Source of the DNA: Candidatus Latescibacterota bacterium | GTDB lineage: Bacteria > Latescibacterota > UBA2968 > UBA8231 | Direction: 5' to 3' | Length of the DNA: 64,000 bases | Assembly (NCBI GenBank): GCA_965203355.1 | Contig: OZ241889.1 | Coordinates: forward strand, 2,912,001-2,976,000 | Shown here: in pieces, positions 48,113 through 58,512 of the stretch | How positions within the stretch are numbered: position 1 is the first letter of the stretch | Layout of the letters: every line of letters begins with the position of its first letter | Program-made: the position numbers and the translations under genes | Notes under the pieces: generated by a model | What the model saw: only the letters and a program-made list of their open reading frames with translations | What the model was told of the DNA's origin: nothing | Database searches by the model: none

Positions 48113-49909
48113 TCAGGCTTCCATCTTGAGCGCGGCCAAAAACGCTTCTTGGGGAATTTCCACCTTCCCAAACTGCTTCATGCGCTTTTTGCCTTCCTTC
48201 TGCCTTTCGAGCAATTTGCGTTTGCGAGTCACGTCGCCGCCATAGCACTTGGCCGTCACATTTTTGCGGAACGGCTTGACCACCTCACGGGCAATCACCT
48301 TACTCCCGACCGCTCCTTGGATGACCACCTCGAACATCTGTCGTGGAATCAACTCCTTGAGTTTAGTACAGAGTTGCCGACCCCACTCATAGGCCTTGTC
48401 GCGATGGATGATCACAGAGAGCGCGTCCAGCGGCTCGCCATTGATCATAATGTCGAGCCTAGATAGTAGGCCAGCCCTCATCTCCAAATGCTCGTAATCG
48501 AATGACGCATAGCCCCGCGACACCGATTTGAGCCGATCGTAGAAGTCGATCACTACTTCGGCCAAAGGCATCTCAAAGCTCAGGATCGCCCGGCTACCAT
48601 CGAGATACTCCGTATTGCGGTAACTCCCGCGTCGGTCAGTGCAAATTTTCATCACTGCGCCGATGTAATCCCTCGGCACCAAGATCTGGACGGCGAGAAT
48701 CGGCTCGCGCACCTCTTCAATCTCAGCAACAGGCGGCAGCAAAGAGGGATTGTCCACGTCGCTCAGTTCCCCATCCTTGGTCAGAATCTCGTAGAGCACA
48801 TTGGGGAGGGTAGTGATGATTTCGACCTGGTACTCGCGGTCGAGACGCTCCTGGACGATCTCCATGTGCAGCAGGCCTAGGAAGCCGCAACGAAAACCAA
48901 AGCCCAATGCCGGCGAGGTCTCCGGCTCATAGGAGAACGCGGCGTCGTTGAGTTTGAGCCGTTCTAAAGCGTCGCGCAGCACCTCGTATTCCTCTGGAAC
49001 AACGGGATAAAGTCCGCTGAAAACCATGGGTTTGAGCGGTTGGTATCCAGGCAACGGTTCTACTTCCGCCTCTATGTCGACGACCGTATCCCCGACATGA
49101 GCCTCGGCCAATTCTTTGATTCCAGCAATGAAATAGCCGACTTCACCGGTCTCAAGTACTTGAGCTGGCACCCGGCTTAAGACCAAGTGGCCGACTTCTT
49201 CGACTTCGTAATGTCGTCCGGTGGAGTGGAAGCGGATCTTCTGCCCCTTGTGGATACATCCATCAACGACTCGGATAAAGCAAATTACCCCTCGGTACTG
49301 GTCGTAGAGCGAATCAAAAATCAGTGCTCGCAACGGCTCCTGCTGACGCCCGGCCGGCGGTGGTATGCGATCGACAATAGCTCCCATCACCTCCTCAACC
49401 CCAACCCCCTTTTTGGCACTGATTTGTAAAATATCTTCGGCTTCCCCCCCCAGCAGGTCAAGCACCTGTTGCTGTACCGCATCGACCTGAGCTGCGGGCA
49501 TGTCGATTTTATTCAGTACCGGGATAACGACCAAGTCGCTGTTTAGTGCCAACAGCAAATTGCTCACGGTCTGGGCTTCTATTCCCTGTGTGGCATCGAC
49601 GACCAATATCGCCCCTTCGCAGGCCGCCAAACTACGCGATACCTCATAGGTAAAATCCACGTGTCCCGGCGTGTCGATCAAGTTGAATTGATAGATCCTA
49701 TCGTCGGCTGCCTGATAGTGCATTCGCACAGCGTGGGCTTTAATTGTAATGCCCCGCTCGCGCTCTAAATCCATGTTGTCGAGGACCTGATTCTGCATCT
49801 GCTTGGCCGTCAGGGTCGCAGTCTTTTCAAGCAGGCGGTCCGCTAGCGTTGATTTCCCGTGATCAATATGGGCAATAATGGAGAAATTGCGAATCTGCGC
49901 GATATTCAT
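48113..49909 (-). CDS. lepA: Elongation factor 4
   Basis: [40 protein letters not shown]. Confidence 0.98.
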   Translation of the reverse strand: MNIAQIRNFSIIAHIDHGKSTLADRLLEKTATLTAKQMQNQVLDNMDLERERGITIKAHAVRMHYQAADDRIYQFNLIDTPGHVDFTYEVSRSLAACEGAILVVDATQGIEAQTVSNLLLALNSDLVVIPVLNKIDMPAAQVDAVQQQVLDLLGGEAEDILQISAKKGVGVEEVMGAIVDRIPPPAGRQQEPLRALIFDSLYDQYRGVICFIRVVDGCIHKGQKIRFHSTGRHYEVEEVGHLVLSRVPAQVLETGEVGYFIAGIKELAEAHVGDTVVDIEAEVEPLPGYQPLKPMVFSGLYPVVPEEYEVLRDALERLKLNDAAFSYEPETSPALGFGFRCGFLGLLHMEIVQERLDREYQVEIITTLPNVLYEILTKDGELSDVDNPSLLPPVAEIEEVREPILAVQILVPRDYIGAVMKICTDRRGSYRNTEYLDGSRAILSFEMPLAEVVIDFYDRLKSVSRGYASFDYEHLEMRAGLLSRLDIMINGEPLDALSVIIHRDKAYEWGRQLCTKLKELIPRQMFEVVIQGAVGSKVIAREVVKPFRKNVTAKCYGGDVTRKRKLLERQKEGKKRMKQFGKVEIPQEAFLAALKMEA

Positions 49910-49952
49910 ACGGTTTGGTCGGTAAGGTTGGTGCGACGAACTCAGCAAGCAG

Positions 49953-50600
49953 TCAGGATATGCGCTGGCGATACAGGCTCTCGTCTACCACGCTAGCCAT
50001 TTGCCGCACATCTAATGGGCGGGCGAGAAAGGTCTTGACTTCGTGGCTCGTGGCCAGCGGGTCGCACAAAACAGCGGAGTAGTTGACATAGAGTACCTCC
50101 ATTTGCGGGTGCTCTGTCAACCACTGTTGTACTGCATTCAAGTGCCGGTCGAAGGCCTCGGCCATCTCGGCGTCAGAAATCCGGTCAGAAGGCTGCCCTC
50201 GCCGTGCTAACATCGCCCGCTGCGAAGCCAAAATCTCGTCCATTTTTCGGTGGACAAAGACGATTTTGTACGGCTTGTGGAGCGGCAATCGGTCGAGCAA
50301 TTGGGATATGACCTTGACGGCTTTACCCTCCGCCGATTCGATCCATGTAGTATCTTTTTCTAGCTGCTTAACCTTCTCGAACTCGTAATATCCCCCGGGA
50401 TTATCGGCATCGGCCCCACGAGTACAATCTGTTAGGATCGGTAAGCCGCCCGCAGCCAACATCTTCATCAACATTGAGGTACCAGAACGAGGCAGACCGG
50501 ACACAATAGTTATGTACTCGTCCGGCTGTGGAGGTGAGGTCGAGTGAGAATACAAAATAGAGAAAGACGGCCCACAGCATAATACGACACACGCTTCCAA
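49953..50600 (-). CDS. Sulfotransferase-family protein (start uncertain)
   Basis: [12 protein letters not shown] 5'-phosphosulfate-binding loop; NPGGYYE. Confidence 0.85.
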   Translation of the reverse strand: MEACVVLCCGPSFSILYSHSTSPPQPDEYITIVSGLPRSGTSMLMKMLAAGGLPILTDCTRGADADNPGGYYEFEKVKQLEKDTTWIESAEGKAVKVISQLLDRLPLHKPYKIVFVHRKMDEILASQRAMLARRGQPSDRISDAEMAEAFDRHLNAVQQWLTEHPQMEVLYVNYSAVLCDPLATSHEVKTFLARPLDVRQMASVVDESLYRQRIS

Positions 50601-50653
50601 AGCTTAGCTCCGGAAGCGTGTGTCGTATACTGTGCTACATATGTATGAATCAA

Positions 50654-53600
50654 TTAAAAGACCAAGCGTCCACGCAACAGGACGCCGTGTTCAGCGGCAC
50701 TGGCCATGCGTTGCCAGCGTGTGCTCTCAAGGCTCACAGACATCGACGAGTCCACCTCAAAGCGCGTACCTAAGCGCAACTGCATTCGCTTTGGCGCTTG
50801 AGTCATTCCGCTGTACACAGTGTACACTCCCCGCCCACCGGGCGCGGCTAAACCGTAACCGACCTCTGCTTTGAGTTGACCTTGCGCGTTCATAGCACCC
50901 CGGTCCGCTATCTCGGCTACGCTGCGCTCCCACAGCGTCAGGCTGTTCGTATGCGTACCGTAGGTCGGCATCACCCGCAACGACAACCCGCGCCCACCGG
51001 TGCCAGCCGAGCGCTGGAGCAAGAGATGTGCACCCCATTCTTGGTGCTCAACCTCGTCGTCGCCGTCACTGACCAGACTCCGCGCCATAGCTTCCAGCGT
51101 GAAACCACCGCCTTCATAGCGCAAGCCACCGCCAATTTCTACACCGGCCCCGGTCTGTCCGTCGCCACCATCTTGGCGCAGAGCAACCTCTAGCTGGGGT
51201 GTCATCTGCCCATCCATGCCCACATCGTAAGCATAGGAGCCTTTGAGTGCCAACCTCAAGCGGTTAGCACTCACGGTTTGCTCGGCAATCCGGTTTCCTT
51301 TTCCATCCTCGACTTCTCCACCCTCGATTTCGACCTGTGCAACAGTAGCAGCAGCCTTGATCCGTAGCTGAGTCGGCCCGCTGGAGAGTAAGTCACCGCT
51401 AGCCCCTACACTTGCAGTCCGCAGCGATGTATCGCTCGACTGCTGGCCTACGGTTCCCTGTTCGTCGTCAATCTCGATGTCGCCGCGCCCTAAGCCCGCC
51501 GTCAACCATACTCCAAGCCGCCCTGGCGAGAACCCGACGTAAGGATGCAGGCTCAACATGCGGGGCGTATAAGTACCGTCAACTCGCTCTTCGCCGAGCA
51601 ACGGGGCGGAATAATCGAACGATCCTTGGGCCCACGATAGAGCTAACCCGGTTAGCACTTCGGCACCTGGCCTGGCATCCAAACCAATCTGAGCACGGGT
51701 TAGGTTGCCCTCCCAATCAAGTGAACCGTCGTCGCTAGACATTTGGCCGTAGTCTCCCCGGCCCCAAAATGTGGGACTACCGGGACAAAGAATGCATCCT
51801 CTACCAAAACCAAACGGCGTTGCAAAAGACGAGCCATTCATAACCTGTGCTAGATTAACCGGACGATTCTCGAATATCCGGCCAGACTGAATCATGTTGT
51901 AAAGAGTGGACTCAGCAGCGAAGCGAAAAGACCTATTCTTATCGCCAACTCTGTCCATCTGCTCAAGGCGATCTTCGATGGCGCGATTCGTTCCATCGGC
52001 AATAGCCAATGCGTACTTGGACAAGATCTGTTCATTGAGTTCCGCAAAACGATCCGTAGCCGATTCTTCCACCCGGACCTCAAAGCTAAGAATAGCGGCG
52101 TCCTCAGCAGTCATATTGGCGTCGGTATCGTGGGCCGTATATGTCAACGTATACGTTCCAACCTCTGTCGGTGCCCCCGAAAGCATCGGCGACATGGGGT
52201 TGGGGTCAAAGGTCAGACCCGGAGGCACGTTATCTAGAGTATAAGTCAACTCGCCGAACACAGCCTCGCCGTCTGGATTTAGCGAGAGCAAATTGCCGCC
52301 CGAAGCCAGAGGCAACACCAAGTCTTCAATCGCCTCACCTTCTATGTACGTCTGGTTGGCCACGTCCCCGCTAAAGCTGGGCGCACCATCTACCGTTATG
52401 TGAAAGGTTAACTCAGCCGAATCGCCATCGATATCCTCCACCTGATAGATCAAGCGATATACCCCAGTGTCCGTCGGCGTACCCGAAAGCGTCCGAGATG
52501 CAGCGTCGAAATTCAGACCCGGCACATTCATATCTAAACTATATGCCAACTCACCGTTGCCGCCCGCCGCCACTGGTAATTCCCACGGATTCATCGCCTC
52601 ATTCTGACGCAAAATTCGATCCTCAATGGTCGCGTCAAAAAAGGTAGGTGTACCGTCGACTGTTAGAAAGAAGCTCAACTCAGCCGAGTCGCCATCTTCA
52701 TCTTCTACCCGATACGTCAATTCATATCCCTCGGCAGGATGTGACACATTAAGCTCTGGCGTACCCGAAAGCGTCCGAGACGTGGGATCGAACGCCAGAC
52801 CCGGAGGCAAGTTCTCCTCATTCAAACTATACGTCAATTCGCCGTTGCCGCCCAAAGCCGCAGGTAACTCCAACGGAGCCATCTCCTCCCCTTCAGGAAT
52901 CCACTGATTCGTAACGGATCCTTCAAAGAAGGGCATACCATTCACCGAGATCGTGAAGCTCAACTCAGCCGAATCACCATCTTCATCCGCCACCCGATAC
53001 GTCAACGCATATGCCTCGGGAGAATATGACACATTAGGCGACAACTCACCCGAAATCGTCTGGGACGTGGCATCAAATGCCAGACCCGGAGGCAACTCAC
53101 CGTCCAAGGTATAGGTCAACACCACATTCCCACCTACCGCCGTCGGCAGAGATAAGCTCACCTCATCGCCTGCGGTGTACATCTGGTCTTCCACGACCTG
53201 ATCGCCGAAGCTAGGCATACCATTCACCACAATCGTGAAGGTCAATTCCGCCGAATCGCCATCCTCATCCACGCCCCGATACGTCAACACACATCCCTCG
53301 AAGTACAACACATCCGTCGGCAGCGTACCCGAAATCGTCTGGGACGTGGGATCAAACGTCAACCCCGGATGCAACTCACCGTCCAAGGTATAGGTCAATG
53401 CCACATTCCCGCCTACCGCCGTCGGCAGAGATAAACTCACCTCATCGCCTGCGGTGTACATCTGGTCTTCCACGACCTGATCGCCAAAGCTGGGCATGCC
53501 ATTCACCACAATCGTGAAGGTCAACTCTGCCGAATCGCCATCCACATCTGCCACCTGATAAGTCAGCGGATAGCCCGCAGCATACAACATATCAGCCGCC

Positions 53601-55561
53601 AGATCCCCCGAAAGCGTCCGAGACGCGGCATCAAATGTCAGACCCGACGGCAAATCGCCATCTAGGCTATATGTCAACGCCTCATTACCACCCGAAGCCG
53701 AGGGCAATTCCCAGCTCTCTATCGACGTCCCCGCGGAAAAAGTAATTTCATTCGCCACGGTTCCATCGAAGCTGGGCATACCATTCACCGAGATACTGAA
53801 GCTCAGTTCCACAGCATCGCCATCCACGTCCGCCACCCGATACGTCAACGGATAGCCCGCGGCAGCATATAGTACATCAGTCGACAGATGACCCGCTATC
53901 GTCTGAGACGCGGGATCAAACGTCAGACCCAGAGGCAAATCGCCATCCAAACTATACGTCAATGCCACATTCCCACCTGCCGCCATCGGCAGACCTAAGA
54001 TCACCTCATCGCCTGCGGTGTACATTTGGTCTTCCACGACCTGATCGCCAAAACTCGGCATAGCAGCTATCACAATCGCGTAGCTCAACGTCGCATCATC
54101 GCCATCCACATCCGCCACCCGATACGTGAACGCATATGACTCGTCGTACAGTACATCCGCAGGCGGCACACCCGCTATCGTCCGAGCATCGGCATCAAAC
54201 GTCAGACCCAGAGGCAAATCGCCGTCCAAACTATACGTCAATGCCACATTCCCACCTGCCGCCATCGGCAGACCTAAGATCACCTCATCGCCCGCTGCGT
54301 ACATTTGGTCTTCCACGACCTGATCGCCAAAACTCGGCATAGCAGCTATCACAATCGCGAAGGTCAACTCTGCCGAATCGCCATCGGAATCCACCGCCCG
54401 ATACGTGAACGCATATGACTCGTCGTACAGCACATCCGCAGGCGGCACACCCGCTATCGTCCGAGCATCGGCATCAAACGTCAGACCCAGAGGCAAATCG
54501 CCGTCCAAACTATACGTCAATGCGTCGGTGGACCGACCTACTGGCAACTCCCAAGGCTGTTTTATCTCTTCGCCTGCAGTAAAGGTCGTTTGACCCGCAG
54601 CGACCGCTGCAAAGGTAAGTTCCACTGAGATCGTAAAGGCCAATTCCTCCCCGTCGCTCTCCTCCATATTGGTATCGGAATCTTCTACCCGATAGGTCAT
54701 TCCATACGTCCCAGCTACAGTCGGCGTACCCGAAAGCGTCCGAGACGCAGCATCAAACGTTAGACCTGGCACCTCCGGCGACAAGCTATATCTCGGCGGT
54801 GCCTCATATTCTCCCACCGAAGCCATAGGCAGTTCCAGCGTTCCTATATCCTCGCCTGTCTGGTATGACTGATCGGCAACCATCGCCCCCTCAAAGCTCG
54901 GCCTTGTATCGACTTCTACCTCAAATTTCAACGTGGCCGTATCGCCGTCGGCATCCATTACTTCGTAAGTCATCAAGAAAATAGCCACTTCCGAAGGCGT
55001 ACCCGAAAGCGTCCGAGACGCAGCATCAAATTCCAAACCCGGTGGCAAGGGACTTAGAGCATATTTCAACTCGCCGTTACCACCCGAAGCCACAGGCAAC
55101 TCTAAAGCCTCTATCGCCAACCCGGCCGAGAACATCTGATTGGCAACCGTAGCACCGCCAAAGCTCGGAGCTACATCCTCTTCATTTACTAAAATATTGA
55201 ATTTCAACGTGGCTGTAGCACCGTCGGCATCCATTACTTCGTAAGTCATTAAGAAAATAGCCACTTCCGAAGGCGTACCCGAAAGCGTCCGAGACGCAGC
55301 ATCAAATTCCAAACCCGGTGGCAAGGGACTTAGAGCATATTTCAACTCGCCGTTACCACCCGAAGCCACAGGCAACTCTAAAGCCTCTATCGCCAACCCG
55401 GCCGAGAACATCTGATTGGCAACCGCCGCATCGCCAAAGCTCGGCACATCCTGGGCTTCAGCCGCCGGAGCCGACATCAAAGTGGTCGCCAGAAAGAACA
55501 TACTCAGGCAGGACAGCAATCTATTCCGAACAAGTTTGTTACTAACTACACAACCGCTCAT
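50654..55561 (-). CDS. Large autotransporter (T5SS) with about 12 putative Ig (He_PIG-like) passenger repeats
   Basis: GGAGG RBS; signal peptide ending AEA; repeated LPxGLxFDxxSRTLSGTP; C-terminal barrel (FWGRG...PYVG...LRGRLVF). Confidence 0.9.
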   Translation of the reverse strand: MSGCVVSNKLVRNRLLSCLSMFFLATTLMSAPAAEAQDVPSFGDAAVANQMFSAGLAIEALELPVASGGNGELKYALSPLPPGLEFDAASRTLSGTPSEVAIFLMTYEVMDADGATATLKFNILVNEEDVAPSFGGATVANQMFSAGLAIEALELPVASGGNGELKYALSPLPPGLEFDAASRTLSGTPSEVAIFLMTYEVMDADGDTATLKFEVEVDTRPSFEGAMVADQSYQTGEDIGTLELPMASVGEYEAPPRYSLSPEVPGLTFDAASRTLSGTPTVAGTYGMTYRVEDSDTNMEESDGEELAFTISVELTFAAVAAGQTTFTAGEEIKQPWELPVGRSTDALTYSLDGDLPLGLTFDADARTIAGVPPADVLYDESYAFTYRAVDSDGDSAELTFAIVIAAMPSFGDQVVEDQMYAAGDEVILGLPMAAGGNVALTYSLDGDLPLGLTFDADARTIAGVPPADVLYDESYAFTYRVADVDGDDATLSYAIVIAAMPSFGDQVVEDQMYTAGDEVILGLPMAAGGNVALTYSLDGDLPLGLTFDPASQTIAGHLSTDVLYAAAGYPLTYRVADVDGDAVELSFSISVNGMPSFDGTVANEITFSAGTSIESWELPSASGGNEALTYSLDGDLPSGLTFDAASRTLSGDLAADMLYAAGYPLTYQVADVDGDSAELTFTIVVNGMPSFGDQVVEDQMYTAGDEVSLSLPTAVGGNVALTYTLDGELHPGLTFDPTSQTISGTLPTDVLYFEGCVLTYRGVDEDGDSAELTFTIVVNGMPSFGDQVVEDQMYTAGDEVSLSLPTAVGGNVVLTYTLDGELPPGLAFDATSQTISGELSPNVSYSPEAYALTYRVADEDGDSAELSFTISVNGMPFFEGSVTNQWIPEGEEMAPLELPAALGGNGELTYSLNEENLPPGLAFDPTSRTLSGTPELNVSHPAEGYELTYRVEDEDGDSAELSFFLTVDGTPTFFDATIEDRILRQNEAMNPWELPVAAGGNGELAYSLDMNVPGLNFDAASRTLSGTPTDTGVYRLIYQVEDIDGDSAELTFHITVDGAPSFSGDVANQTYIEGEAIEDLVLPLASGGNLLSLNPDGEAVFGELTYTLDNVPPGLTFDPNPMSPMLSGAPTEVGTYTLTYTAHDTDANMTAEDAAILSFEVRVEESATDRFAELNEQILSKYALAIADGTNRAIEDRLEQMDRVGDKNRSFRFAAESTLYNMIQSGRIFENRPVNLAQVMNGSSFATPFGFGRGCILCPGSPTFWGRGDYGQMSSDDGSLDWEGNLTRAQIGLDARPGAEVLTGLALSWAQGSFDYSAPLLGEERVDGTYTPRMLSLHPYVGFSPGRLGVWLTAGLGRGDIEIDDEQGTVGQQSSDTSLRTASVGASGDLLSSGPTQLRIKAAATVAQVEIEGGEVEDGKGNRIAEQTVSANRLRLALKGSYAYDVGMDGQMTPQLEVALRQDGGDGQTGAGVEIGGGLRYEGGGFTLEAMARSLVSDGDDEVEHQEWGAHLLLQRSAGTGGRGLSLRVMPTYGTHTNSLTLWERSVAEIADRGAMNAQGQLKAEVGYGLAAPGGRGVYTVYSGMTQAPKRMQLRLGTRFEVDSSMSVSLESTRWQRMASAAEHGVLLRGRLVF
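52040..55450 (-). repeat. Array of about 276-282-bp Ig-module repeats, several near-identical
   Basis: Offsets of 276 bp (55436 vs 55160) and 279 bp (54405 vs 54126); outer limits approximate. Confidence 0.88.
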
Positions 55562-55583
55562 AATTCATCCTCCAATGAGAGAT

Positions 55584-55673
55584 TTAAGTTTTAAGATGTT
55601 GTAGCGCAGCGTTGTGCGCTAGACCGCCGCCTCGCCGCTCCAAGGCCGCACCACCTCCCATCACCACACTCAT
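55584..55673 (-). CDS. Candidate 29-aa upstream small ORF
   Basis: GAGAGAGGAACC-ATG; MSVVMGGGAALERRGGGLAHNAALQHLKT*; ends 22 nt before the autotransporter ATG. Confidence 0.35.
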   Translation of the reverse strand: MSVVMGGGAALERRGGGLAHNAALQHLKT

Positions 55674-55839
55674 GGTTCCTCTCTCTTAGCGACCCTTACA
55701 ATAATAGCTTAATTGAAGAGCGTGTAGAGAAGCCTGAGATCGTTTCACGTAACTCAATACAAAATACGCATCTAATATCCAAGATGCAAGAGGTAGTTTC
55801 TAAAACATATGGCCTATCAGCACCTAGCACACAGAAAGG

Positions 55840-56325
55840 TCAAAATTTTGCAAAAAGAGGAATATCTTGACGCAACTCGGCTTCCAACCTAGAGTGGCAA
55901 GAAGGGCAAACCGCAATCAGATGTTCCAGTTTATTGGCCTCTATATTGGAAGAGAAACTGCGATAGGGAATCTTGTGATGTACGTCAAGCTGACGCCCCA
56001 GTTCCTCTTCGCTGACCCCACATACTTGGCATATGAAACCATCGCGAGTCCGCGCCTTTAGCGCTTGGAGTTCCCAATTGGCCCCTCGCCGTTTGGAATT
56101 TTCCCCTAAGCAAACCTCTAACGAGGGCATAGCCTCTGTCCAAGCACGGCGGCAGGACGCGTCGCAAAAGTGCAACTGCGCTTGATCAGCATACCAAGTC
56201 GGCACCTCAATCTCTAGCCGACAATGCACACAGCGCGTAGCGGCCTGTACACTGTCGCCAGCGGGGCATCGTTCGCCAAAATCAAATCCCATCTGATTAG
56301 AAGAAGCCATGAGACCACAGGGCAT
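55840..56325 (-). CDS. HNH endonuclease with N-terminal zinc ribbon (start uncertain)
   Basis: CVHC...FCDASC, GANW, RDGFICQVCG, LDVHH, LIAVCPSCH. Confidence 0.88.
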   Translation of the reverse strand: MPCGLMASSNQMGFDFGERCPAGDSVQAATRCVHCRLEIEVPTWYADQAQLHFCDASCRRAWTEAMPSLEVCLGENSKRRGANWELQALKARTRDGFICQVCGVSEEELGRQLDVHHKIPYRSFSSNIEANKLEHLIAVCPSCHSRLEAELRQDIPLFAKF

Positions 56326-56442
56326 AATTTTATGTGGGATCCAGTTCGCTTCTGGTCTTCGCTAGTCTCTTGTTTGAAGACTCGACTTGCCCCGCCTCCC
56401 CACCTCCTATATATTTAACAATTTTATTGAAGGAGCGCAAAG

Positions 56443-56697
56443 TTGCCTAAACTCAAGTCCGCCAAAAAGCATCAGATCACTAGTGCCAAAGCCTACGAAC
56501 GGAACCGTGCACTTCGCTCGCGGATGCGCACGGCCCTCAAGAAAGTCCGTCAAGCTCGGGACAAAGCCTCAGCAGAGATCGCTCTACAGACGGCGATCTC
56601 GACTGTCGATAGGACCACCAATAAGGGCATCATCCATAAAAATACTGCCGCCCGCTACAAGTCGCAGTTGAGCCGCCTCGTGCAGACGATGGCCTGA
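56443..56697 (+). CDS. rpsT: 30S ribosomal protein S20
   Basis: KSAKK...RNRALRSRMRTALKK...GIIHKNTAARYKS; TTG start after AAGGAG. Confidence 0.96.
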   Translation: MPKLKSAKKHQITSAKAYERNRALRSRMRTALKKVRQARDKASAEIALQTAISTVDRTTNKGIIHKNTAARYKSQLSRLVQTMA

Positions 56698-56704
56698 TGG
56701 CCCC

Positions 56705-57622
56705 TCATTCAAAAGCGCGACTACTCAAGTAGCGCAATCCGCTGTCGCAGAGGATGGTCGCGACCCGAGCATTTCTGCCCATCTCCCGAGCGACTTGGGA
56801 GGCGATGTAGGCGTTGGCTCCTGCTGAAATTCCCACCAAAAGCCCTTCCTCTCGAGCCAAGCGGCGGGCCATTTCATACGCGTCGTCGTCAGTAATGACC
56901 CTCACCTCGTCGATAATCTCGCGGTTGAGAATTGGTGGTACAAAACCCGCGCCAATACCTTCTATATAACTGAATCCAGCCCTCCCGCCTGAAAGCACAG
57001 GCGACCCTGCAGGCTCGATGGCGATGACCCGCACTGTGGACATCGCTTCCTTAAGTACTTCGCCGACGCCAGTCAACGATCCCCCAGTACCCACTCCCGC
57101 TACAAAGGCATCGATCCGGCCATCTAGCTGTTCTAATATCTCACGGCCGGTCGTGCGGCGATGTACTTCGGGGTTCGCTGCATTCATAAACTGCTGTGGC
57201 AAAAAGTAATCTGGATGCTCGCGCTTGAGTTCAAGTGCTTTGTCAATAGCTCCGCGCATACCCTCGACCGCTGGCGTCAACACAACTTCGGCACCGTACG
57301 CCTGCATCTGTAAGCGGCGCTCGCGGCTAGCCGTGTCGAACATGGTGACGATGAGTTTGTAGCCCTTGTAGGCAGCCACCATGGCCAAGCCAATGCCGGT
57401 ATTACCACTAGTGGGTTCAATGATCGTGCCGCTTTTAGCCAGCAGCCCTTGCTTTTCGGCGGCTTCAATCATGGCTAGGGCGATACGGTCCTTGACACTG
57501 CCACCGGGATTGGTCACCTCCAACTTGCCCCATACCTCGGCAGCATCCTCCCCGACCACTCGGCTGAGGCGGACTATAGGCGTAGCCCCGATTAACTCCA
57601 GCACATTGTGAGCGCGTTTCAT
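56705..57622 (-). CDS. cysK: Cysteine synthase A
   Basis: NPGGSVKDRIA, EPTSGNTG, QQFMNAAN, GVGTGGS, IEGIGAGFVP. Confidence 0.9.
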   Translation of the reverse strand: MKRAHNVLELIGATPIVRLSRVVGEDAAEVWGKLEVTNPGGSVKDRIALAMIEAAEKQGLLAKSGTIIEPTSGNTGIGLAMVAAYKGYKLIVTMFDTASRERRLQMQAYGAEVVLTPAVEGMRGAIDKALELKREHPDYFLPQQFMNAANPEVHRRTTGREILEQLDGRIDAFVAGVGTGGSLTGVGEVLKEAMSTVRVIAIEPAGSPVLSGGRAGFSYIEGIGAGFVPPILNREIIDEVRVITDDDAYEMARRLAREEGLLVGISAGANAYIASQVAREMGRNARVATILCDSGLRYLSSRAFE

Positions 57623-57663
57623 CCGGTCTCCAAACCTAACGCCTGTCGTCTGTACGGTAGTCT

Positions 57664-57942
57664 TTAACTCCCGCCGGCAATAGCCGGGACGATGGAGACA
57701 CTGTCACCATCGTTGAGGGGCGTGTCCTTACCGTCGAGGAAGCGAATATCTTCGTCGTTGACAAAAATATTGACGTAGCGGCGGATCTCGCGCCCCTCGT
57801 CAAGCAGTTTATCGGCCAAACCCTCGTAGGAGCGGTCGAGGCCATCTACCAACTCGCTAATAGTCCCCGCCTCCAACTCGACCTCAGCCTGATTGTGGGT
57901 CAATTTCCGCAACGGCGTGGGAATGTGAACAGTAACCGGCAT
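57664..57942 (-). CDS. cysO: MoaD/ThiS-family sulfur carrier (CysO-like) ending GG-S
   Basis: VHIPTPLR, YVNIFVNDEDIRF, IVPAIAGGS; GGAGG RBS. Confidence 0.85.
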   Translation of the reverse strand: MPVTVHIPTPLRKLTHNQAEVELEAGTISELVDGLDRSYEGLADKLLDEGREIRRYVNIFVNDEDIRFLDGKDTPLNDGDSVSIVPAIAGGS

Positions 57943-58005
57943 TTCATCCTCCATGTGGTTAATTTAAGCGGCTCTGCCGCTCGCATTCTATCAATAACTG
58001 TTTGA

Positions 58006-58500
58006 CTAAACTATTTCAACACCCGTTTCGGCGTAGCGGCTACCATCCCAAGCAAAACATTTGTAGCCTTGCACTTTTCGTCGGCTACCCGTCTCCTCGC
58101 CATAAACTGAAAGTACCAGATACATCGCATCCGGAGCATCTGGGTCGTCCCCGGCCTCTCGGCTGTTGAATATCCAAGTGCGTCTTTCGTCTTCTTCCGA
58201 GAAGTAAGCCGCACAATCAATGTGGGAATGGTAGCACCCTGAGATCCGCCCCCCTGCCTTTTCAGCCGCTTCCGCGATGTGCAATTGCTCGCTGGGGTCA
58301 ATCAGATAGGCCATGCGTGCATCGCGGGGATAGTGCCCGGGGTCTTCTTCGTGCCGCTGTTGTTGTATATTAGCGCAAGCATGGGCAGCGGACACCCCAC
58401 TTTGCACCTCCTCCACCAACAGACCGCAACACTCGTGTGGGTACTCGGCCAAGGCTTGGACGCAAATCCGATCAAAATCCTCGCGGGCGATGTGCAGCAT
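58006..58500 (-). CDS. mec: JAMM/M67 metalloprotease (Mec-like)
   Basis: YPHECCG plus HSH-x7-S-x2-D (YHSHIDCAAYFSEED). Confidence 0.88.
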   Translation of the reverse strand: MLHIAREDFDRICVQALAEYPHECCGLLVEEVQSGVSAAHACANIQQQRHEEDPGHYPRDARMAYLIDPSEQLHIAEAAEKAGGRISGCYHSHIDCAAYFSEEDERRTWIFNSREAGDDPDAPDAMYLVLSVYGEETGSRRKVQGYKCFAWDGSRYAETGVEIV

Positions 58501-58512
58501 TCGGCTATCCCT

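Noticed and set aside
49444-49451. C8 homopolymer as a phase-variation tract
   Set aside because: Lies within in-frame, conserved lepA; runs this short are expected at this GC content
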